Shown: positions 25,008 to 39,138, numbered from the stretch's first letter. The stretch: 64,000 nucleotides of DNA from Octopus vulgaris (GCA_951406725.2 OX597818.1:31868001-31932000); one strand, 5' to 3'. Program-made: numbers and translations. The notes: a model not told the origin generated them from the letters alone.

Positions 25008-25523
25008 CCTGTCTGTCTGTCTGTCCTCTCTCTCTCTCTCTCTCTCAGCTTATGTACTAACACCTATTATATTTCACACATCAAATTAATATTTGATTCA
25101 TAGGTTGTACCAAACAATCCTAAATCAATAAAACTTTATCGCTTCTTTCTCTCTTGCTGTTTCCTTAGAAGGGGTTCCTGTTTTTATGGTACATAAATTT
25201 ATGCTCAATCTGATTTCACCAGATTACTTTTTTCAAAACGATGTCATCTCAGTCTTCTCCACCCCGATCAAGATAAGTGGAATGTTCAGAAATGCTTTCT
25301 CTCGTGGGCATATTTATAAGGAGATATCTATATATTATACACCCTTTTTTTAAACATATATCGATATGTCGGATCTAGTTTTTTTCATTTTTTTTCATTC
25401 GCAAAATATGTATTTCTTTAAAAGACAGCAAAAGATCTAAAAATCAGCAGAGATGAGTTGAGTTTCGATTTACACACTCGATAATAAATGTTGCTTCGTA
25501 ACATATTGTTTTGGCAAACACTT

Positions 25524-25931
25524 GGATGTTTTCGGTTTGAACAGCAGTTTTTTTTAGCGGTGTCATATGAAATTGCCACCCATAATTATGACCCTAGCAT
25601 CGATCTATTGCATTTCAATCTGTTTTAGGGTTAGGGTGGGGGAAGGGTATCTTTTTTCTTCACAAATGTAAATAAACTCAATCTGTTTCTTAAACGAGGG
25701 ACATATTCATACGGCACAGGATGCTTTTTAACTCAATAGACGTCACTGATTGGTTGAAATTGCAGAAATTGAAGAAAAAAAACAACAAATATCTTACAAA
25801 CTATAGAATTTTCTCAATAAAGCCAAGAGAAAAAGATGTTTTATAAACACATTCTACCAGTATCCGAAGATTAAATATTTTTAGCTATCTAGAAATTAAG
25901 TTTAAAACTGCCGTTCAAACCGAAAAGATCC
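25524..25931. mobile_element. MITE with GG termini and an 8-bp TSD (Merlin-like) containing TTAGGG repeats
   Basis: TIR GGATGTTTTCGGTTTGAACAGCAGTTTT / AAAACTGCCGTTCAAACCGAAAAGATCC; AAACACTT at 25516-25523 and 25932-25939. Confidence 0.8.
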
Positions 25932-25939
25932 AAACACTT

Positions 25940-26174
25940 TACTCTTCTACTCTTTTACTTGTTTCAGTCATTTGACTGTGGCCATGCTGGAACACCGCCT
26001 TTAATCGAGCAAATCAACCCCCAGGACTTATTCTTTGTAAGCCTAGTACTTATTCTATCGGTCTGTTTTGCCGAACCGCTAAGTTACGGGGACGTAAACA
26101 CACCACCATCGGATGTCAAGCGATGTTGAGGAGACAAACACAGACACAAACACACACACAAACACACACACACT

Positions 26175-26211
<37 letters not shown>

Positions 26212-26392
26212 ATATATATATATATACATATATACGACGGGCTTCCTTCAGTTTCTGTCTACCAAATCTGCTTACAAAGCTTTGGTCGGCCCGAGGCTAT
26301 AGTAGAAGACAGTTGCCCAAAGTGCCACGTAGTGGGACCGAACCTGGAACCATGTGGTTGGTAAGAAAGCTACTTACCACACAGCCACTCCT
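25940..26392 (-). mobile_element. SINE family A
   Basis: Full-length colinear copy. Confidence 0.85.
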
Positions 26393-27120
26393 GAATTATA
26401 GCCTTTATTTATAATTGGGAAGCCTAAACTTTGATATTCACAATGACCACCATAGTTTCACCAAATACACAACAGCATCCTTGATACACTTAGAATCATT
26501 CTATTTTTCTCTGTCTATTTTCTTCTCCGCAGTTACAAGTCCAGCCAAGGTAGTTATGTCGTCAAACAGTCAAAATTTCGTCAAGAAAAGTTCTTTATTT
26601 CTTTCTTTTTTTCGTGTGTTACGCTTTTATCATGTTTTTGAATTTTATGGCCACCTTTCAAAAATATCTTATACTGTCAACAACCCCTGGCCTGAAAGTA
26701 GATACTATCAAGTCACTGAATGGTTCCAATTCATTTGCTACCCTAACAGTCAGGTAAGTTTCTCCATTCCCTGGGCTGGAATTTATGTGGCAGCTATCCA
26801 AATAATTCTATATCTAGCGTACCGGGTGACGTGTGTTAACCACTTAAAAAGCAGGCGATCTGCGACCGGTATTCTCATAAGCATTTTTCTGGATTAAGAA
26901 CTTGTTTCATCAGAGAGATAAAAGTTTGGTCTAGTTCGTTTCTTCTTCTTAGTGTCATTTACTGCCAAATTCCTTATTAAAAGAATATATATGATAGTTG
27001 TTCATCGCAATTTTAACAATAAGCACAATATAATGAACTTATAATAAAATTTTCAAACTTAACATTCCAAGATATAACGGACAGCAGAGTGGTACAAAAA
27101 GATCGCAAATTCTTTGTAGA

Positions 27121-27313
27121 TAGGCGCAGTAGTGGCTGTGTGGTAAGTAGCTTGCTTACCAAACACATGGTTCCAGGTTCAATCTCACTGCGTGGCACCT
27201 TGGGCAAGTGTCTTCTACTATAGCCTTGGGCCGACCAAAGCCTTGTGAGTGGATTTGGTAGACGGAAACTGAAAGAAGCCCATCGTATATGTGTATATAT
27301 ATATATCTATATA

Positions 27314-27344
<31 letters not shown>

Positions 27345-27587
27345 TTATATATATGTATGTGTGTGTATATGTTTGTGTGTCTGTGTTTGTCCCCCCCCAA
27401 CATCGCTTGATAACCGATGCTGGAGTGTTTACGTCTCCGTAACTTAGCGGTTCGGCCAAAGGGACCAATAGAATAAATACTAGGATTACAAAGAATAAGT
27501 CCTGGGGTCGATTTGCTCGACTAAAGGCGGTGCTCCAGCATGACCGCAGTCAAATGACTGAAACAAGTAAAAGAGTAAAAGAGAGTA
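27121..27587 (+). mobile_element. SINE family A (reference copy; tRNA-like head, CORE-like GGCACCTTGGGCAAGTG, internal microsatellite)
   Basis: AGGCGCAGTAGTGGCTGTGTGGTAAG...GGTTCAATCTC head and (GTAAAAGA)n tail; more than 10 copies in the window. Confidence 0.9.
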
Positions 27588-28445
27588 TTTTATGAGATGG
27601 TTATGTCGTAGCAGAAGCTCATAAAACAATTATGTTTGTTTAGGCCACAGCATACGGTATTAATACATGGCGAAATTATATTACACTAATTTGATTTAGG
27701 GCAATAATAATTTGCTCATCTTCCACGGCCGGTTATCAACAAGCGAATTACGTAAATGCACACTTATTTGTCTTTCACAATGCAAAATATTTCATTATCT
27801 ATAACATACATTGCTGCATTCTACATTCAATAACTTCACATTTCAGTACAAGTGTCAATATGTATTAAACTTGCGTATCTTACACATCTGGGATCGTGAC
27901 TTGTAGTATGGCAAAAGATGAAAATCTGTGATATCGTCTAAGATCAGAGAGGAGTCTATTACAAATAAAATAATGAAGAAACCAATATGTTCGTTCAAGA
28001 CCATGCGATTAAAACATTCCGCCAAGGAATAATCAAATAAGGCGTTTATCATACAAGCGATCTAAAGCCAATGGTTTTAAAGGCGCAAATATAAAAGATA
28101 GTACTCGAGAGGAGTTGTGTTTCCTCTTCCTCTCTCAAGCTACGCCATTGTTATGTGTTTGTATGGTTGAAAGTGTGTAAAACGTAGTCATTCGATAAAT
28201 AGAGACTGATATAAAAATATCAGAAGAAATTAAATATTGGAATGATATAATCGACTAAATTCTTAGAAGGCAGTGCTCCAACATGGCCGCTGTCCATTGA
28301 CAGTTAATGCGAAAGACAAAAAGAAATACAGAAATACTTTGAGAAATGTATACCTGTAGTCATAATGAGAACAAAGGCAGGAAAAATTCACACCCACGTA
28401 CATAGATACACAAGTATGTGCATGTGCGCGCGCGTGTGTATACAA

Positions 28446-28511
<66 letters not shown>

Positions 28512-28559
28512 GTATACACACACACACACACATATATATATATAGGTATATATATATAT

Positions 28560-28605
<46 letters not shown>

Positions 28606-28609
28606 GTAT

Positions 28610-28657
<48 letters not shown>

Positions 28658-28689
28658 GGAACAAAAATGCGATGGAGTACATTAAAATG

Positions 28690-29345
28690 TTCGGTCAGAT
28701 AGACGATACAAAGGCGGACCAAAGAAACAAGAATTAGAAGGACAGGCAGAAAAAGACGGGGCATTCTTGGCTTTCTATCATCAGTCAAGTCCCAGAAGTC
28801 ACGACCATTTCGGGCAGTTACACATGACATGGTTCGATCTGGTTGCCCACCAAAAAGTATAAGCTAAGAGAATTTGACACATTTGTAAGAAATCTAGCGA
28901 ATGTGTACAGCAACAAAGACGAAAAAACAAATAAACAAAAAAACAAACGGAAAACATGGTACACAATTACGAATACAAACAACAAGAAATAACAACAGGA
29001 GTCTTTCGACTGAGAAAGAAGCCAAATTGTGCTGGTGTGTATGAAGTGAAAGCCTAAAGGCAGGAACATGGGAGATGGACACAAGAGGTATTGACGGTCG
29101 GCAGTCAGGCAAAGAAGGAAAGATCATAGCTGGCCGGACACCGGTCATATGGAAGGAGGAGAGATGTGTAGGGGACAGCGGGATTGAAGGATTATAAAAG
29201 AAATCAGAGACAAAAAGAAAGGTACAGAGAAGATAAAAGAGTGGGAAATAGTGGGTGTTAAAGAAAGAGAGGGCCAAGAAATTGAGAGAGGGGTGCGAGA
29301 AAAAGGAAGGTAAATTAGAGGAGGAATAAGAGATAGAGTAAGATT
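28690..29345 (-). repeat. Repeat related in layout to 45715-46075 (stem-GAAA...CTGATGA), possibly PLE-derived
   Basis: Minus strand GGGCA...TGCCC-GAAA-23 nt-CTGATGA; bounded by (TA)n tracts. Confidence 0.35.
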
Positions 29346-29411
29346 CGTACAAAATTTAGATACATACCTTCTTTAAGGTGAACACAAGGGTGTACGTACG
29401 CCGCTATATAT

Positions 29412-29476
<65 letters not shown>

Positions 29477-29654
29477 TGTATGTACATGTGTGTATGTATA
29501 TATACACATACACATATATACATGCATACGTGTTTGTGAGAGTGTGTGTGTGTATGTGTGTGTTGTTGTTGTTGTTGACCTCATACGAATTTATAAACTT
29601 TCGAGAGAAAGTGCATCTCGAAATACACCCAAAGCTATAAATATAAATACTACT

Positions 29655-29880
29655 TTCAAATTCTGGCACAAGGCCAGCAGTTTCGTGGAAGGGAACAAGA
29701 CGAGTGTGCTTTATCGTGACACCAATATCAGAAAGGTAATCCCTCAACACTTTATTCGTCTTATTTTATGGATCCCAAAAGGATGAAAGCCAAATTCGAC
29801 TTCGGTGGAATTTGAACTCAGAACGTAAAGACTGACAAAATGCCGCAAAGCATTTGGCCTGGCATGCTAACGTTCCTGTA
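29655..29880 (-). mobile_element. Diverged SINE family B
   Basis: GGATGAAAGCCAAATTCGACTTCGGTGGAATTTGAACTCAGAACGTAAAG on + strand. Confidence 0.6.
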
Positions 29881-29904
29881 TCTCATAACCTTATAGCATA
29901 TAGT

Positions 29905-30565
29905 ATTGCTATGACTTCTGCCTCCTTCGTATATGAGGTAGAACTCACATGATAACCTAACCAAAAAGAAGAATTACGGCGAGTCATGCGATGATAACTC
30001 CAAAGGACGCTATGCAAATTACCTATCTTCTTTCCGGCACATCGACAAAAGTAAAACCATTAAGCTGGTTAGCCACATATGGAGTTTGAAGACCAACTCT
30101 ACTTTACATACAATCAAGTGGAAAATCGTAAAAGAATCCATGCCATACGTTAATGAGTGTAAGGAATGCAGCTTACGCATACCTGAAAGATCGCATATCC
30201 TCTTTAGATCCAAGACTCCCACCGCAAGAATTCCAGATCAGAAATTTTCATCGAATGCAGACACATGGACAAATTTCTTTTTGCGAACTGAAGGGCACTA
30301 CCCCTTCCGGATTAAACAACTGCATCGCAGACTTTGGACCCTTTTCTACTGATTAATTCTACAATAGCTAACATTATTATGTCTTTACGCTCAAAGGGGA
30401 CATAACTCTACTTTTAATTATTATTTTTTTTCTTTTTCCGTTATTATTTCATCTTTCCACTTTTTGTATCCACATTTTTTCTCGTGATTTCTCTTGTTCT
30501 AGTGTCCTGATTTGTAATTTCTACATGCCATGTACCCAGAGCATGGCGATTTATTGGAGACACAA
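29905..30565 (+). pseudogene. Penelope-like element 3' relic: GIY-YIG endonuclease plus 3' region with a decayed HHR
   Basis: SFVYEV...KKNYGESCDDNSKGRYANYLSSFRH...LVSHIWSLK...IKWKIVKESMPY...ECSL...NSRSEIFIECRHMDKFLFAN* (stop 30289-30291); downstream GTGTC-CTGA...GCCATG-loop-CATGGC-GA...GACAC (30502-30563). Confidence 0.8.
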
Positions 30566-31650
30566 GACATGTTATTTAAACTTGCCTGGATTACATCTCC
30601 AATGCATGAAACTATTACCAGCACGTAACTATTTACAGTGAACATTAAATGTATATATATATATATATTATAAACATATCCAGAAGGCACATCAAAATCT
30701 GAGGGAGAAAAGTGCTTAAATCAGCATTTCTATTCATATTTCACTTTATGCAAATTTCTATTCCAAAAGAAATTTTACAACCTAATCGACTTGGATATTG
30801 AAATGGTCGGGTCATTGTCTGATTTAAACAATCAGTTTCTATAATGATAGTTAGTGATTCTAAGACACTGGCAGCGCTACCATCGCTATTTCCTTCCATC
30901 TCTCTGCATCTCTCTATTTCTGTATCTAAAACTCTATACCCCCCTATCTCTCTTTCTCTACCTCCTGCTCTGCTTCTCTCGTTTGCTCTGAACTATGTCA
31001 TATGGCCAGCGGCTTTAATTCATAATGGACTGGAGATGCAATTTTAATTAACTTCAGATATTGAAAAGCTAATATTATGAAAGTCGTTGATCATTAATTT
31101 AGCTGTCTGGTAAACACATTAGTGCAAACAAACTATCACTATTTTTCTTTTTGCTTTTTTCTTTTTATCTTTCTTCGCTCCTTCCTTTCTTTCGTTCTTT
31201 CTTTCTTTCTTACTTACTTTCTTTCTGTCTTCCTTTTTCTTTCTTTTTTTTTTCGTTGTATAGACTGCAAAAAGACGGAGAAAACAAAGAATGAATGACA
31301 TAATGACTTCAATGAAACAATATAACAGTGAAGGAGTAGACGATATAAAAAAAAACGAATAAGGAAAGGAAGAAAAATGGAGTAAAGGAATGTCGAAAGG
31401 AAGGGAAAAAAACGAGAAGGGTGGAAGGAAGGAAAGAAAGAAAGGTGGGAATTAATTTTTGACATAAAACTTATGATTGAATATCCAAATTAATTATATT
31501 AGACTCGGTGTCTTTTACAGTTTTATAAAACTATAGATTAATAATTTACAATAGTTTCAGTTAAATTTGTTTATACACATACTCATGCGCGTGCGCACAC
31601 ACACACACACGCACAGAAGTAGTCACATGTATATATACATATATACACAC

Positions 31651-31694
<44 letters not shown>

Positions 31695-32084
31695 CACTTT
31701 TGCTCTTTTAGTTGTTTCAGTCATTTGACTGTGGCTAAGCTGGGGCACCGCATTTAGTCGAGCAAATCGACCCCAGGACTTATTCTTCGTAAGCCTAGTA
31801 CTTATTCTATCGGTCTCTTTTGCCGAACCACTAAGTTACGGGAAGATAAACACACCACCATCGGTTGTCAAGCGCTGTTGTGGGGACTAACACAGACACA
31901 CAAATATATACACACATATACATATACGACGGGCTTCTTTCAGTTTCCGTTTCCCAAATTCACTCACAAGGCTTTGGTCGGCCCAAGGCTATAGTAGAAG
32001 ACACTTGCCCAAGGTGCCAGGCAGTAGGACTGAACACAGAACCATGTAGTTGGTAAGCAAGCTACTTACCACACAGCCACTCCT
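31695..32084 (-). mobile_element. SINE family A
   Basis: Full-length colinear copy. Confidence 0.85.
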
Positions 32085-32100
32085 TACATACATACATACA

Positions 32101-32138
<38 letters not shown>

Positions 32139-33021
32139 TTTGTTGAAATGGCAGGTTTGTTAAAGCGATGTATTAAAAAAAGATATTTTCCCCCGAATCT
32201 CTACATTTTTAGTTCAAGTCTACATGGGGCCATCTTTTCCTTCCTATTTTTCGAGACTGATATAAAAGATAAAAATTGATTAATCGTTACGGTATTTGTT
32301 CCCACCCTTTGCACTCTGAAAGCAACACTTACAATGTCATTGGTTTCAAGTTGTATCGATTCTAAAGATAATGGTGAGTGTTTCGCTGGGACAATATCGG
32401 TGGCACGGAGATAGGTGGGATGAAGTGCATACATAGGTAACTATCAGTTTTTTTTTTACAAAAAAACAAAAACAAACAGAAACAACATACTTACCCCGGT
32501 AGCTACAGACACAGGGCTAATGCTGATCGACGGATCCCACCCCTCCACATAAAATGACTGGAGCCTTGTATATAAGAAACCTGGAGCCTTGTCTGAATTC
32601 TACCAAAGACACCAAAAATGTAGATGGTGGTGTTAGAGCAGGTGATATGTTAAGCCTATTTCACCCTCTCCCACGCTGGACCATTGCGCTTTATCGTGAC
32701 ACCAATATCACAGATGTAGTCCCCCAATACATTAATGATCGTTTACGGCACAGAGTGGCTAGCTTCCTACGACGCAAGTGGCGGTGCTGAAGTGAAATAA
32801 GACTGAATGAGAGACTCGTGTACATAAAGGAAGGTTGAGAAAGTAATTTCTTATTAAGACGTCTAGCAGCAAGGTTTCTGGCTATTCAGCAACGTATTTC
32901 ATACCTGACCGAACAGGAGCAAGGACCTGTGCTGTACCAATCTTATCTATTTATTACTCCACTATAAAGTCTTATTTGAATTTTATTAATTTTATTTTGG
33001 GTTGTTTTATTATTTTTTATT

Positions 33022-33400
33022 TTCTTTTACTGTTTTACTTGTTTCAGTCATTTGACAGCTGCCATGCTGGAGCACAGTCTCGAAGAGTTTTTGTCGAATA
33101 AATCGACCCAGGACTTATTTTTAAAAAAACCTAGTACCTATTGTATCAGTTTCTTTTGTTGAGCCGTTAAGTTACGAGGACATAAATGCACAACACCGGT
33201 TGTCAAGCGGTGATCGAGGTAGGTGGCAAACGCAGGCACAAAGACACATGCTCATACACATATACCTATATATATGACGGTTTTCTTTCGGTTTCCGTTA
33301 TACCAAATCCACTCACGAGGCTATAGTAGAAGAGAGTATCCCAAGATGTCACGCAGTGGTAGTGAACGCGAAACCCTGGGATTAGGAAGTAAGCTTCTCA
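33022..33400 (-). mobile_element. Diverged SINE family A
   Basis: Colinear but more diverged. Confidence 0.7.
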
Positions 33401-33816
33401 TTATATTTTTTATTGCTTCTTCTTCTTGAATAATATTTTATTTTCTCATGAGGGTAACTCATAAGAAGATTCTTTTAAGTCCAAACGAAATGAAACGTTT
33501 CGAAGTTCATTCATTCATTTCTTAATGAGTATTTATGACGTTATTTAAATTAAGTTTCTTCACACAAGTATCAAAAGTTAGTTGTTATCTTGATTTGATG
33601 GAAAAATTAGTTACGTCTTCTATTATATTCAGTTCTGTTTAAACATAATTAATACATTCATAACTGCTTTCAATTTCATAAAGTTACTTATCGATTCGTC
33701 TCAAACATTAAGAAATAAAGAAATATATATCCATATACATACAGGTATATATATATATACATATGCACACATACACATATATAAAAATATATGTGTGTGT
33801 ATACATGTGTGTATAG

Positions 33817-33864
<48 letters not shown>

Positions 33865-33872
33865 GATAGATT

Positions 33873-33914
<42 letters not shown>

Positions 33915-36119
33915 CAGACAGACATCTGTTCATACTTATACATATATATTATATATATACATGTATTTATACATACATACATATGTATATATAAATATAT
34001 ATATATATTTATACATATATGTATATATGTGTGTATATATATTTGTATATATAATGCTAATGCTGCAGTATATACCTTGCGCGCTTGTCAGTGTATTTCA
34101 ATAAAATTATAAATATTCTTATGAATTTTTTCACCCCCCCCCCACAAATAAATATATATATGTGAGTGTGTGTGCGTGCGTGTGTATTTATTTATTTTTA
34201 AATATGATAAAAATTACACATATACACATATACACATAAGCACACATGAGTGCGTGCACACACACACACATACACACAAAGATACGCATACGCCTCACAT
34301 AACTTTAGATGAATCTGGCAACAGAGCGCTCAACAGGATATGTTGATTATATAATTCTTCCTGGCACACTAATGCAATTCGCATCGTATACATAACCGTA
34401 ATTCAAAACACGATTTCCCAAATGGGATGAAAGTTTTCCAGCTTTGGAACATTTCTAAATATTAGAAGTAGATATTTGTTTATTCTTATAAAGCTTATCA
34501 AAGTGCACATCATAATGGAAGTAGACACGACTGAGTGCAATAAGTTTGAAATATTGTGAGATGGTATTTCTGCAAATAGAATTAAAAAGAAGCGGTATAA
34601 ATCAATGAAGTTTATATCATCAACTGTCATCTGTAAGTATATTGCGTCAATACCGAATCTATTCATTGTATGCGTTAACTGCCTGAGATAGTATTATACG
34701 ATGTCAGATCGAGGCCGGGGACTTAGATATGGAAAGCGGGGGAGATGTCTGTCTATTTCGGCTTTGTCAAAAGCTGAGCAAGTTTTAAATTTCTACCAAA
34801 ACCTCTAGAGATTCCGCAATAACTTCTTATATGATATGGCTATCTACTCTCTGAAAGTTTCAATATGTGAAAACTGCTGCTGCTGTTACCGATAACGCTG
34901 ACGGCAATGATAAGAACGAGTATGCCTAACAGACACACAAGCGCAGAATCCTGTGGTGAGGAGGGGTTGTCGATTATTCTTCAATGGTTATTTTATCGAC
35001 CCGACAAAGGTTGAAAGGCAAGGTTGACCACAATGAGATTTGAACTCAGAACTGGAACAAATACTGCAAGACATTTTATACAGCGCTGTAATGGTTCTGT
35101 CAACCCCAACTTTTTTAATTTGTATTTTCTTTTGCACAGAACCAGCATGTTGGGAAAAGTAATATGAAAACCAGCAGGATTTGAACCCGCTACACAAAAT
35201 TCCAATGCGTAAAGAGCAGAACACGTATTTTTAAAAAGTATACTGCAATTTACTTCCAGGATTGCGCATGTAAATTAGACGCTAGTTTCAACAATGTTTG
35301 AACACTGCCGGTGAGGAGTTGCGCAAAATATGTATAATTATGTCAATAAAAGAAAGCAGAAAGATACCTTATTATTTTTTTATTATTCCATTTATCCCAT
35401 AGTAATAACTAAAATTGGATAGAGTTTACTAGTCATACATAATCTTTGTTGATATGAATAAACGTGAGGCTGTCACGAAGAGGTCCTTTGCTAACTTCCA
35501 TTGAATTCTTTCAATAATTCAATGACACCAAGACTTGGATCTACAGATCCACACAGATCACGCCTCATCACATTTTATGTATTCACGTGCATCATGTGCC
35601 CGCAAAGGTAATAACACATTTAGAGTCCAATAACTTTGGCTGTGTTCTTCGTAGTTTCTCCCCATCGGACTGCACAATGTGTGTGTTAGCAGCTCTACCT
35701 ATTTCTACTCCATGATATCAGTTTTAAAAACCAAGCACAAGCATCCAAATTCTGCCCTCGCTCGCAGAAGCACACATCCAAAACGCTTATCGGATACGAC
35801 TTTGCTCACCTTCTCGTGTGACTCCGTCACCTTTCGTCACTCTTCGCCACCCTTCGTCACCTTTCGTTACCTTCTCGTGCGAAAACGTATGGAAACTGTC
35901 CCCGCTGACGCAAATTGTTTTCAGAATGTAGATATGACACCTTACTTGTCTTTGCATGGATAAAATTTGGGGGCAAGGAATCGCAACCGTTTGGAATTCA
36001 CCGTGGTGAAGAAGGAGAAGGAAGAGGAGGAGAAGAAGAAGAAGAAAATGATGATGATGATGATGATGACGACGACGACGATGATGATACAAATACAAAG
36101 TCTAAGAGAAATGTCGATA

Positions 36120-36321
36120 TCTACATCGCTGGTCACAATGCGCTTCGCATTGTTTTAGCCGTTAAATGACGCCACCTCGCTGGCTAAGTGAGCAGGCCAA
36201 CAGAAGAAAGAGTGAGAGAAAGTTGTGGCCACCATCCCCTGCCGGAGCCTCGTGGAGCTTTAGGTGTTTTCGCTCAATAAACACTCACAACGCCCTGTCT
36301 GGGAATCGAAAATGCGATCCT
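36120..36321 (-). mobile_element. Chimeric SINE fragment: family E head/centre joined to the tail seen at 5358 and 17092
   Basis: GAGTGAGAGAAAGTTGTGG...GTGGAGCTTTAGGTGTTTTCGCTCA matches 14350-14440; TCGCTGGTCACAATGCG...GCAGGCC matches 17092-17165 inverted. Confidence 0.7.
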
Positions 36322-36328
36322 ACACACA

Positions 36329-36420
<92 letters not shown>

Positions 36421-36590
36421 TATCATTATATATTTATATGTAAATCTGTATGTGTGAATGTATACATACGTATATATATATATACATATATAAATGCATA
36501 TATATACATATACACATATATACATACATATATGTATGTATATATATATATGTATGTATGTAAATGTATCTATATATATGTATGTATATA

Positions 36591-36629
<39 letters not shown>

Positions 36630-37721
36630 TCATATATATATATACATCGTGTGTGTGTGTGAGGGAGATAACGTTAGCAATTTTTAAATGTTGATTATAT
36701 AATGCATAAGTATGCGTAAGAATAAGTAAGCAAATATAATTTTCCCCCCGAAAAGAAAGAATATGGTGATAAATATTGTTAACAAGAAGTATAATAACGA
36801 TGATTATTATTAATAATACTTTGCTGTAAACAAGAAGAACCCCCCCCCCCCAAAAAAATAATAACAACAACAACAACAACAACAACAAGGAGATAAGTGA
36901 AACAAAAAAAAAAGAAGAGACGTTCAAAGTGATGACAATAACATTGTTCTCGTTTAAATGGAGGAACGTCTCGAAGTAGACAAATGAAATATTTCCGTTA
37001 ATAAAATTAAAGTTTAATAAATTATATAGGCTGAGTTTTGCTTTTCATTCTTTATGATGACGATGATTATGATGATAATAAGAGGGAAGAGGAGTAAGAG
37101 GAAGAGGAGGAATAGGAATAGGAGGAGGATGTGGGGTTTCTATTATTCACACAAATGTGGTGGATGTAATGTGGATAATAATGAGATAAAACTATTTCAT
37201 TTCGTAATATATTGTTTTGGACATTGTTGTTTGTTATTACAGCCGTTGTTGCTGGCTGCGGTTGTCTTTATTGTTGTTGTTGTTTTTGTTGTTGGCGGTG
37301 GTGGTCGGGGTGAGGATGGTTTTGGGTGGCGACGTTGTGACACCAACCAAATCATGTAGAATTTCTGTATTGAATCTAACGCAAGTTAAATTCAATGCGA
37401 TCGACGGTGGTGTTGTTGCTACCCGGACTCTAGTGACACAACAAATAATGGCTTGCGAAGCTCCTAGGAGAGCTGAGCAATTAAGTTAAATGCTTGCATA
37501 AGACTGGGCATAGCTAGCTGATCGTTGTATGTAAGCAAGCTATTGCAAAGTTGGCCACGCTGTTGAATAATTCGCTATGCAAATGCCTAAATCCGAGTTC
37601 GATTTTGGAAAGCTGGCAAATTTTGTATTATCAAATCATTTGTCTGTCTACCTAACCGTCTGTCTCTCTGTCTCTCTGTCTCTCTGTCTCTCTCTCTCTC
37701 TCTGTCTCTCTGTCTCTCTGT

Positions 37722-37763
<42 letters not shown>

Positions 37764-37798
37764 TCGTGTGTATATACAAATTTATATGTATATATGTA

Positions 37799-38078
<280 letters not shown>

Positions 38079-38120
38079 CTTATGTATATATACATATATA
38101 GTTAAGGGGACGTCCCCTTA

Positions 38121-38166
<46 letters not shown>

Positions 38167-38170
<4 letters not shown>

Positions 38171-38503
38171 ATGATTTTTGCCAACCTAATGTGGAAGTCC
38201 CATTTTGGGGCGAAAGCTACTGTTGTTTAGCCCCAGGAGACATCGTCTCCAGCTGGCTTTACGACACACGATTTGTGACCGTATATTTTTTCGAACAGGG
38301 GTAGCTAGTACCCCCACCCAGCATGAAGCTGATATCTTCTTTGTGCTGGGTGGGGGGGCTAACCTCCCCTGTTCGAAATTATATAAGGACACAGATCATG
38401 TAGATCATATAGCTAGCCGGAAACGATGTCTCCTCAGGCTAAACAACAGTAGTATTCGCCCCAAATGGAACCGCTATATTAGGCTGGCAAAGAAATCTTT
38501 ACT
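38167..38503. mobile_element. Foldback (fully palindromic) MITE
   Basis: Arms of about 160 bp pair imperfectly from AGTAATGATTTTTGCC / GGCAAAGAAATCTTTACT in to CCCCCACCCAGCA / TGCTGGGTGGGGG. Confidence 0.8.
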
Positions 38504-38568
38504 TTAAAGTGTTGCTGCTGAATATCTCTCATTGAGAGATTTAGGGACAGCAATGTTTCAATTTTAAT

Positions 38569-38657
<89 letters not shown>

Positions 38658-39043
38658 GGAATAAATCCAAACTTACAGGGGAAAATGAGATTTAGGATTA
38701 AATCCAATTTTATAGTATAAATATATTATATTATATTATATTAAATTAGAGATAAAACTACTATTAGGCAAATAAAACAGTGAAAAACATAAGCCAATAC
38801 ATAAAATTAATTTTAAAATATAAAAGTTAAAAATAAAAAATTATTTAAATAATTTAAACTTATTAATTTTATATATATATATACAAATATATATATGTAT
38901 GTATGTATATTTTTATATTTATATATTATTTTATTAATTAATTAATTAATTAATTTATTTATTTATTTATTTATTTATTTAATTTTTTCTTATATATATA
39001 TATCAAAAGTATTAAAAGTTTAATAAAAGATAATGAGTAAAAC

Positions 39044-39138
39044 ACTACGATCGTTTCATGGCTGTACCAATTCGAATAACAATAATTTAAATTCAATTAA
39101 TAATTCGAGTTATGGTTACAGTCAATCTTCAGGTTAAT
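39044..39138 (-). ncRNA. Type I HHR-like motif with a long stem II in an AT-rich repeat
   Basis: AAC-CTGAAGA-T-TGACTGTAACCA...TGGTACAGCCA-T-GAAA-CGATC-GTAGT; a second, more decayed copy (GAAACGGTC) near 39472-39556. Confidence 0.5.

Noticed and set aside
34310-34670. Possible hAT-like transposase C-terminus (ISVP...VERS) on the minus strand
   Set aside because: Only a few residues match across stops; not supportable without an HMM search
35800-35880. About 11-bp CGTCACCTTT repeats
   Set aside because: Short degenerate minisatellite with no spacers; no TE ends identified
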